Shown piece after piece: positions 49,401 to 61,800 of a DNA stretch of 64,000 nt (position 1 is the first letter of the stretch; each line of letters begins with the position of its first letter). A model generated the notes under the pieces. The model did no database searches. It had not been told where the DNA came from and was given only the letters and a program-made list of their open reading frames with translations. A program made the position numbers and the translations under genes. The stretch is from Eledone cirrhosa (lineage: Eukaryota), in contig OZ024741.1 of NCBI GenBank assembly GCA_964016885.1, positions 4,526,001-4,590,000 of the forward strand, in the 5' to 3' direction.

Positions 49401-52400
49401 TAGGACACTATACAACCAATCTAGGACACTATACTACCAATCTAGGACACTATACTACCAATCTAAGACACGATACTACCAATCTAAGACACGATACTAC
49501 CAATCTAAGACACCATACTACCAACCTAGGACACTATACTATCAATCTAAGACAATACTACCAATCTAAGACACTATACTTCCGATCTAAGACACTATAC
49601 TACCAATCTAAGACACCATACTACCAATCTAAGACACGATACTACCAATCTAAGACACTATACTACCAATCTAAGACACCATTCTCCAAATCTAAGAGAC
49701 CATACTACCAATCTAAGACACGATACTACCACTCTAAGACACCATACTACCAATCTAAGACACGATACTACCAATCTAAGATACTATACTACCAATCTAA
49801 GACACTATACTACCAATCTAAGACACTATACTACCAATCTAAGACACTATACTACCAATCTAAGACACTATACTACCAATCTAAGACACCATACTACCAA
49901 TCTAAGACATCATACTACCAATCTAAGACACTATACTACCAATCTAAGACAGAATACTACCAATCTAAGACACTATACTACCAATCTAGGACACTATCCT
50001 ACCAATCTAAGTCACCATATAACCAATCTAAGACATCAGACTACCAATCTAAGACACTATACTACCAATCTAAGACACTATACTACCAATCTAAGACACT
50101 ATACTACCAATCTAAGACACTATACTACCAATCTAAGACACTATACTACCAATCTAAGACACTATACTACCAATCTAAGACACTATACTACCAATCTAAG
50201 ACACTATACTACCAATCTAAGACACTATACTACCAATCTAAGACACGATACTACCAAGCTAAGACACCATACTACCAATCTAGGACACTATACTACCAAT
50301 CTAAGACACGATACTACCAATCTAAGACACCATGCTACCAATCTAGGACACTATACTACCAATCTAGGACACTATACTACCAATCTAAGACACAATACTA
50401 CCAATCTAAGACATGATACTACCAATCTAAGACACCATACTACCAATCAAAGACACTATACTACCAATCTAAGACACTATACTACCAATGTAGGACACTA
50501 TACTACCAATCTAAGACACAATACTACCAATCTAAGACACAATACTACCAATCTAAGACACCATACTACCAATCTAAGACACTATACTACCAATCTAAGA
50601 CACTATACTACCACTCTAAGACACTACACTACCAATCTAAGACACTATACTACCACTCTAAGACACCATACTACCAATCTAAGACATTATGCTACCAATC
50701 TAAGACACTATACTACCAATCTAAAACACAATACTACCAATCTAAGACACCATACTACCAATCTAAGATACCATACTACCAATCTAAGACACCATACTAC
50801 CAATCTAAGATACGATACTACCAATCTAAGACACCATACTACCAATCTAAGACACCATACTACCAATCTAAGACACCATACTACCAATCTAAGACACTAT
50901 ACTACCAATCTAGGACACTATACTACCAATCTAAGACATGATACTACCAATCTAAGACACCATACTACCAATCAAAGACACTATACTACCAATCTAAGAC
51001 ACCATACTACCAATCTAAGACACGATACTACCAATCTAAGACACTATACTACCAATCTAAGACGCCATGCTACCAATCTAAGACACACTACTACCAATCT
51101 AAGACACTATACTACCAATCTAAGACACTATACTACCAATCTAGGATATTATGCTACCAATCTAAGACACCATACTACCAATCAAAGACACTATACTACC
51201 AATCTCAGACACTATACTACCAATCTAAGACACTATACTACCAATCTAAGACACGATACTACCAATCTAAGACACGATACTACCAATCTAAGACACCATA
51301 CTACCAATCTAGGACACTATACTACCAATCTAGGACACTATACTACCAATCTAAGACATGATACTACCAATCTAAGACACCATACTACCAATCAAAGACA
51401 CTATACTACCAATCTAAGACACTATACTACCAATCTAGGACGCTATACTACCAATCTAAGACACGATACTACCAATCTAAGACACGATACTACCAATCTA
51501 AGACACCATACTACCAATCTAGGACACTATACTATCAATCTAAGACAATACTACCAATCTAAGACACTATACTACCGATCTAAGACACTATACTACCAAT
51601 CTAAGACAAGACACTACCAATCTAAGACACCATTCTCCAAATCTAAGACACCATACTACCAATCTAAGACATTATACTACCAATCTAAGACACCATGCTA
51701 CCAATCTAGGACACCATGCTACCAATCTAGGACACCATGCTACCAATCTAGGACACTATACTACCAATCTAAGACACTATACTACCAATCTAAGACTATA
51801 CTATCAATCGAAGACACCATACTACCAATCTAAGACATTATACTACCAATCTAAGACACCATGCTACCAATCTAGGACACCATGCTACCAATCTAGGACA
51901 CTATACTACCAATCTAAGACACTATACTACCAATCTAAGACACCATACTACCAATCTAAGACAGCATACTACCAATCTAGGACACTATACTACCAATCTA
52001 AGACTCCATACTACCAATCTAAGACACGATACTACCAATCTAAGACACTATACTACCAATATAAGACACCATGCTACCAATCTAAGACACACTACTACCA
52101 ATCTAAGACACTATACTACCAATCTAAGACACCATACTACCAATCTAGGATACTATGCTACCAATCTAAGACACCATACTACCAATCAAAGACACTATCG
52201 TACCAATCTAAGACACGATACTACCAATCTAAGACACCATACTACCAATCAAAGACACCATACTACCAATCTAAGACACCATACTACCAATCTAAGACAC
52301 GATACTACCAATCTAAGACACTATACTACCAATCTAAGACACCATGCTACCAATCTAAGACACACTACTACCAATCTAAGACACTATACTACCAATCTAG

Positions 52401-53890
52401 GATACTATGCTACCAATCTAAGACACCATACTACCAATCAAAGACACTATACTACCAATCTAAGACACTATACTACCAATCTAAGACACTATACTACCAA
52501 TCTAAGACACTATACTACCAATCTTTGACACGATACTACCAATCTAAGACACCATACTACCAATCTAAGACACCATACTACCAATCTAGGACACTATACT
52601 ACCAATCTAGGACACTATACTACCAATCTAAGACATGATACTACCAATCTAAGACATGATACTACCAATCTAAGACACCATACTACCAATCAAAGACACT
52701 ATACTACCAATCTAAGACACTATACTACCAATCTAAGACACGATACTACCAATCTAAGACACCATACTACCAATCTAAGACACTATACTACCAATCTAAG
52801 ACACTATACTACCAATCTAAGACACTATACTACCAATCTAAGACACTATACTACCAATCTAAGACACTATACTACCACTCTAAGACACTACACTACCAAT
52901 CTAAGACACTATACTACCAATCTAAGACACGATACTACCAAGCTAAGACACCATACTACCAATCTAGGACACCATACTACCAATCTAAGACACCATACTA
53001 CCACTCTAAGACACTATACTACCAATCTAAGACATCATACTACCAATCTAGGACACTATACTATCAATCTAAGACAATACTACCAATCTAAGACACTATA
53101 CTACCGATCTAAGACACTATACTACCAATCTAAGACAAGACACTACCAATCTAAGACACCATTCTCCTAATCTAAGACACGATGCTACCAATCTAAGACA
53201 CCATACTACCACTCTACGACACCATACTACCACTCTAAGACACCATACTACCAATCTAAGACACGATACTACCAATCTAAGACACCATACTACCAATCTA
53301 AGACACGATACCTCCAATCTAAGACACGATACTACCACTCTAAGACACCATACTACCAATCTAAGACACTATACTACCAATCTAAGTTACTATACTACCA
53401 ATCTAAGACACTATACTACCAATCTAAGACACCATACTACCAATCTAAGACACCATACTACCAATCTAAGACACCATACTACAAATCTAAGACACCATAC
53501 TACAAATCTAAGACACCATACTACCAATCTAAGACACCATACTTCCAATCTAAGACACTATTCTACCAATCTAAGACACTATACTACCACTCAAAGACAC
53601 TATACTACCAATCTAAGACACTATACTACCAATCTAGGACACTATGCTACCAATTTAAGACATGATACTACCAATATAAGACACCATACTACCAATCTAA
53701 GACACCATACTACCACTCTAAGACACCATACTACCAATCTAAGACACCATACTACCAATCTAAGATACTATACTACCAATCTAAGATACTATACTACCAA
53801 TCTAAGACACTATACTACCAATCTAGGACAACACACTACCAATCTAAGACACCATACTACCGATCTAAGACACCATACTACCAATCTAAG
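43420..53890. repeat. Tandem duplication of a ~5.0-5.5 kb higher-order unit
   Basis: Rare markers occur in pairs: TACTGCC ~44263/49306, TACTTCCGAT ~44555/49577, CTAAAACACAAT ~45216/50721, TAAGTTACTA 47931/53383 (offset 5452) and TACTTCCAAT ~48088/53540. The junction is near 48435. Confidence 0.8.
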
Positions 53891-55149
53891 ACACCATACT
53901 ACCAATCTAAGACACCACACTAACAATCTAAGACACCATACTACCAATCTAAGACACCATACTACCAATCTAAGACACTATACTACCAATCTAAGACACT
54001 ATACTACCAATCTAAGACGCGATACTACCAATCTAAGACACCATACTACCAATCTAAGACACCATACTACCAATCTAAGATACTATACTACCAATCTAAG
54101 ACACTATACTACCAATCTAGGACACCATACCAATCTAAGACACGATACTACCAATCTAAGACACGATACTACCAATCTAAGACACGATACTACCAATCTA
54201 AGATACTATACTACCAATCTAAGACACTATACTACCAATCTAAGACGCGATACTACCAATCTAAGACAACATACTACCAATCTAAGACACCATACTAGCA
54301 ATCTAGGACACTATCCTACCAATCTAAGTCACCATATAACCAATCTAAGACATCAAACTACCAATCTAAGACACCATACTACCAATCTAGGACACTATAC
54401 TACCAATCTAAGACACGATACTACCAATCTAAGACACCATGCTACCAATCTAGGACACTATACTACCAATCTAGGACACTATACTACCAATCTAAGACAC
54501 TATACTACCAATCTAAGACACTATACTACCAATCTAAGACACTATACTACCAATCTAAGACACGATACTACCAAGCTAAGACACCATACTACCAATCTAG
54601 GACACTATACTACCAATCTAAGACACCATACTACCACTCTAAGACACTATACTACCAATCTAAGACACTATACTACCAATCTAAGCCACTATACTACCAA
54701 TCTAAGACACTATACTACCAATCTAAGACACTATACTACCAATCTAAGACACGATACTATCACTCTAGGACACTATACTACCAATCCAAGACACCATACT
54801 ACCAATCCAAGACACTATACTACCAATCCAAGACACTATACTACCAATCCAAGACACCTTACTACCAATCTAAGACACCATACTACCAATCTAAGACACC
54901 ATACTACCAATCGAAAACACCATGCGACCAATCTTAGACACCGTACTACCAATCTAAGACACCATACTACCAATCTAGGACACTATACTACCAATCTAAG
55001 ACTCCATACTACCAATCTAAGACACGATACTACCAATCTAAGACACGATACTACCAATCTAAGACACTATACTACCAATCTAAGACACCATGCTACCAAT
55101 CTAAGACACACTACTACCAATCTAAGACACTATACTACCAATCTAAGAC

Positions 55150-58100
55150 ACTATACTACCAATCTAAGACACCATACTACCAATCTAAGACACTATACTA
55201 CCACTCTAAGACACTACACTACCAATCTAAGACACTATACTACCACTCTAAGACACTATACTACCAATCTAAGACACAATACTACCAATCTAAGACACCA
55301 TACTACCAATCTAAGACACCATACTACCAATCTAAGACACCATACTACCAATCTCAGACACAATACTACCAATCTAAGACACCATACTACCAATCTAAGA
55401 CACTATACTACCAATCTAGGACACTATACTACCAATCTAGGACACTATACTACCAATCTAGGACACTATACTACCAATCTAAGACATGATACTACCAATC
55501 TAAGACACCATACTACCAATCTAAGACACCATACTACCAATCAAAGACACTATACTACCAATCTAAGACACCATACTACCAATCTAAGACACGATACTAC
55601 CAATCTAAGACACTATACTACCAATCTAAGACACCATGCTACCAATCTAAGACACACTACTACCAATCTAAGACACTATACTACCAATCTAAGACACTAT
55701 ACTACCAATCTAGGATATTATGCTACCAATCTAAGACACCATACTATCAATCAAAGACACCATACTATCAATCAAAGACACTATACTACCAATCTCAGAC
55801 ACTATACGACCAATCTAAGACACTATACTACCAATCTAAGACACGATACTACCCATCTAAGACACGATACTACCAATCTAAGACACCATACTACCAATCT
55901 AGGACGCTATACTACCAATCTAGGACACTATACTACCAATCTAAGACATGATACTACCAATCTAAGACACCATACTACCAATCAAAGACACTATACTACC
56001 AATCTAAGACACTATACTACCAATCTAGGACACTATACTACCAATCTAAGACACGATACTACCAATCTAAGACACCATACTACCAACCTAGGACACTATA
56101 CTATCAATCTAAGACAATACTACCAATCTAAGACACTATACTACCGATCTAAGACACTATACTACCAATCTAAGAAAAGACACTACCAATCTAAGACACC
56201 ATTCTCCAAATCTAAGACACCATACTACCAATCTAAGACACGATACTACCACTCTAAGACACCATACTACCAATCTAAGACACGATACTATCAATCTAAG
56301 ATACTATACTACCAATCTAAGACACTATACTACCAATCTAAGACACTATACTACCAATCTAAGACACTATACTACCAATCTAAGACACTATACTACCAAT
56401 CTAAGACACTATACTACCAATCTAAGACACCATACTACCAATCTAAGACATCATACTACCAATCTAAGACACTATACTACCAATCTAAGACAGAATACTA
56501 CCAATCTAAGACACTATACTACCAATCTAGGACACTATCCTACCAATCTAAGTCACCATATAACCAATCTAAGACATCAGACTACCAATCTAAGACATCA
56601 GACTACCAATCTAAGACACTATACTACCAATCTAAGACACTATACTACCAATCTAAGACACTATACTACCAATCTAAGACACTATACTACCAATCTAAGA
56701 CACGATACTACCAAGCTAAGACACCATACTACCAATCTAGGACACTATACTACCAATCTAAGACACGATACTACCAATCTAAGACACCATGCTACCAATC
56801 TAGGACACTATACTACCAATCTAGGACACTATACTACCAATCTAAGACACAATACTACCAATCTAAGACATGATACTACCAATCTAAGACACCATACTAC
56901 CAATCAAAGACACTATACTACCAATCTAAGACACTATACTACCAATCTAGGACACTATACTACCAATCTAAGACACGATACTACCAATCTAAGACACCAT
57001 ACTACCAATCTAAGACACTATACTACCAATCTAAGACACTATACTACCACTCTAAGACACTACACTACCAATCTAAGACACTATACTACCACTCTAAGAC
57101 ACCATACTACCAATCTAAGACATTATGCTACCAATCTAAGACACTATACTACCAATCTAAGACACAATACTACCAATCTAAGACACCATACTACCAATCT
57201 AAGACACCATACTACCAATCTAAGACACCATACTACCAATCTAAGACACCATACTACCAATCTAAGACACGATACTACCAATCTAAGACACCATACTACC
57301 AATCTAAGACACTATACTACCAATCTAGGACACTATACTACCAATCTAGGACACTATACTACCAATCTAGGACACTATACTACCAATCTAGGACACTATA
57401 CTACCAATCTAAGACATGATACTACCAATCAAAGACACCATACTACCAATCAAAGACACTATACTACCAATCTAAGACACCATACTACCAATCTAAGACA
57501 CGATACTACCAATCTAAGACACTATACTACCAATCTAAGACACCATGCTACCAATCTAAGACACACTACTACCAATCTAAGGCACACTACTACCAATCTA
57601 AGACACACTACTACCAATCTAAGACACTATACTACCAATCTTAGATTGGTAGCATAATATCCTAGACACCATACTACCAATCAAAGACACTATACTACCA
57701 ATCTCAGACACTATACTACCAATCTAAGACACTATACTACCAATCTAAGACACGATACTACCAATCTAGGACACTATACTACCAATCTAAGACATGATAC
57801 TACCAATCTAAGACACCATACTACCAATCAAAGACACTATACTACCAATCTAAGACACTATACTACCAATCTAGGACACTATACTACCAATCTAAGACAC
57901 GATACTACCAATCTAAGACACGATACTACCAATCTAAGACACCATACTACCAATCTAGGACACTATACTATCAATCTAAGACAATACTACCAATCTAAGA
58001 CACTATACTACCGATCTAAGACACTATACTACCAATCTAAGACAAGACACTACCAATCTAAGACACCATTCTCCAAATCTAAGACACCATACTACCAATC

Positions 58101-58850
58101 TAAGACACGATACTACCAATCTAAGACACGATACTACCAATCTAAGACACGATACTACCACTCTAAGACACCATACTACCAATCTAAGACACGATACTAC
58201 CAATCTAAGATACTATACTACCAATCTAAGACACTATACTACCAATCTAAGACACTATACTACCAATCTAAGACACTATACTACCAATCTAAGACACTAT
58301 ACTACCAATCTAAGACACTATACTACCAATCTAAGACACTATACTACCAATCTAAGACACTATACTACCAATCTAAGACACCATACTACCAATCTAAGAC
58401 ATCATACTACCAATCTAAGACACTATACTACCAATCTAAGACAGAATACTACCAATCTAAGACACTATACTACCAATCTAGGACACTATCCTACCAATCT
58501 AAGTCACCATATAACCAATCTAAGACATCAGACTACCAATCTAAGACACTATACTACCAATCTAAGACACTATACTACCAATCTAAGACACTATACTACC
58601 AATCTAAGACACTATACTACCAATCTAAGACACTATACTACCAATCTAAGACACTATACTACCAATCTAAGACACTATACTACCAATCTAAGACACTATA
58701 CTACCAATCTAAGACACGATACTACCAAGCTAAGACACCATACTACCAATCTAGGACACTATTCTACCAAACTAATACACGATACTACCAATCTAAGACA
58801 CCATGCTACCAATCTAGGACACTATACTACCAATCTAGGACACTATAATA
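55150..58850. repeat. Tandem duplication of a ~1.85-1.95 kb higher-order unit
   Basis: Markers are offset by n x 21 - 2 bp: 55201/57047 (1846), 55711/57641 (1930) and 56091/57958 (1867). Confidence 0.7.
57641..57664 (-). other. 24-bp micro-inversion within the array
   Basis: TTAGATTGGTAGCATAATATCCTA is the exact reverse complement of TAGGATATTATGCTACCAATCTAA, which occupies the same position in paralogous blocks (e.g. 55711). Length and phase are preserved. Confidence 0.95.
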
Positions 58851-61800
58851 CCAATCTAAGACACTATACTACCAATCGAAGACACCATACTACCAATCTA
58901 AGACATTATACTACCAATCTAAGACACCATGCTACCAATCTAGGACACTATACTACCAATCTAAGACACTATACTACCAATCTAAGACACTATACTACCA
59001 AGCGAAGACACCATACTACCAATCTAAGACATTATACTACCAATCTAAGACACCATGCTACCAATCTAGGACACCATGCTACCAATCTAGGACACCATGC
59101 TACCAATCTAAGACACACTACTACCAATCTAAGACACACTACTACCAATCTAAGACACTATACTACCAATCTAAGACACTATACTACCAATCTAGGACAC
59201 TATACTACCAATCTAAGACACTATACTACCAATCTAAGACACTATACTACCAAGCGAAGACACCATACTACCAATCTAAGACATTATACTACCAATCTAA
59301 GACACCATGCTACCAATCTAGGACACCATGCTACCAATCTAGGACACTATACTACCAATGTAGGACACTATACTACCAATCTAAGACACAATACTACCAA
59401 TCTAAGACATGATACTACCAATCTAAGACACCATACTACCAATCAAAGACACTATACTACCAATCTAAGACACTATACTACCAATCTAGGACACTATACT
59501 ACCAATCTAGGACACTATACTACCAATCTAAGACACAATACTACCAATCTAAGACATGATACTACCAATCTAAGACACCATACTACCAATCAAAGACACT
59601 ATACTACCAATCTAAGACACTATACTACCAATCTAGGACACTATACTACCAATCTAAGACACCATACTACCAATCTAAGACACGATACTACCAATCTAAG
59701 ACACGATACTACCAATCTAAGACACTATACTACCAATCTAAGACACTATACTACCAATCTAAGACACTATACTACCAATCTAAGACACCATCCTACCAAT
59801 CTAAGACATCATACTACCAATCGAAGACACTATACTACCAATCTAAGACAGAATACTACCAATCTAAGACACTATACTACCAATCTAGGACACTATCCTA
59901 CCAATCTAAGTCACCATATAACCAATCTAAGACATCAGACTACCAATCTAAGACACTATACTACCAATCTAAGACACTATACTACCAATCTAAGACACTA
60001 TACTACCAATCTAAGACACTATACTACCAATCTAAGACACTATACTACCAATCTAAGACACGATACTACCAATCTAAGACACGATACTACCAATCTAAGA
60101 CACGATACTACCAATCTAAGACACCATACTACCAATCTAAGACACCATACTACCAATCTAAGACACGATACTACCAATCTAAGACACTATACTACCAATC
60201 TAAGACACCATGCTACCAATCTAAGACACACTACTACCAATCTAAGACACACTACTACCAATCTAAGACACTATAATACCAATCTAAGACACTATACTAG
60301 GACACTATACTAATCTAGGACACTATACTACCAATCTAAGACACTATACTACCAATCTAAGACACTATACTACCAAGCGAAGACACCATACTACCAATCT
60401 AAGACATTATACTACCAATCTAAGACACCATGCTACCAATCTAGGACACCATGCTACCAATCTAGGACACCATGCTACCAATCTAGGACACTATACTACC
60501 AATCTAAGACACTATACTACCAATCTAAGACACTATACTACCAATCTAAGACACTATACTACCAATCGAAGACACCATACTACCAATCTAAGACATTATA
60601 CTACCAATCTAAGACACCATGCTACCAATCTAGGACACCATGCTACCAATCTAGGACACTATACTACCAATCTAAGACACTATACTACCAATCTAAGACA
60701 CTATACTACCAATCTAAGACACTATACTACCAATCTAAGACACTATACTACCAATCTAAGACACCATACTACCAATCTAAGACACCATACTACCAATCTA
60801 GGACACTATACTACCAATCTAAGACTCCATACTACCAATCTAAGACACGATACTACCAATCTAAGACACTATACTACCAATATAAGACACCATGCTACCA
60901 ATCTAAGACACACTACTACCAATCTAAGACACTATACTACCAATCTAAGACACCATACTACCAATCTAGGATACTATGCTACCAATCTAAGACACCATAC
61001 TACCAATCAAAGACACTATCCTACCAATCTAAGACACTACCAATCTAAGACACTATACTACCAATCTAAGACACCATACTACCAATCTAAGACACCATAC
61101 TACCAATCAAAGACACCATACTACCAATCTAAGACACCATACTACCAATCTAAGACACTATACTACCAATCTAAGACACTATACTACCAATCTAAGACAC
61201 TATACTACCACTCTAAGACACTACACTACCAATCTAAGACACTATACTACCAATCTAGGACACTATACTACCAATCTAAGACACTATACTACCAATTGAA
61301 GACACCATACTACCAATCTAAGACATTATACTACCAATCTAAGACACCATGCTACCAATCTAGGACACCATGCTACCAATCTAGGACACTATACTACCAA
61401 ACTAAGACACTATACTACCAATCTAAGACACTATACTACCAATCTAAGACACTATACTACCAATCTAAGACACTACACTACCAATCTAAGACACTATACT
61501 ACCACTCTAAGACACCATACTACCAATCTAAGACACTATACTACCAATCTAAGACACTATACTACCAATCTAAGACACTATACTACCAATCTAAGACACT
61601 ATACTACCAAGCTAAGACACTATACTACCAATCTAAGACATCATACTACCAATCTAGGACACTATACTATCAATCTAAGACAATACTACCAATCTAAGAC
61701 ACTATACTACCGATCTAAGACACTATACTACCGATCTAAGACAAGACACTACCAATCTAAGACACCATTCTCCCAATCTAAGACACCATTCTCCCAATCT

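Noticed and set aside
166-53359. Minus-strand MVVWCLRL ORFs as small membrane or Cys-rich peptides
   Set aside because: They simply mark runs of CACCAT monomers. The CACTAT variant gives TAG on the minus strand.
57632-57664. Hairpin as a terminator or transposon footprint/insertion
   Set aside because: It is fully explained as a length-neutral inversion of repeat sequence, with no foreign bases, target-site duplication or U-tract.
1609-61697. Plus-strand ORFs (457, 1155, 366, 380, 436 aa etc.) as protein-coding genes
   Set aside because: They are pure heptapeptide translations of the repeat. Starts and stops are created by sporadic monomer variants, there is no unique domain or signal peptide, common variants are non-synonymous, and frameshifts are propagated.
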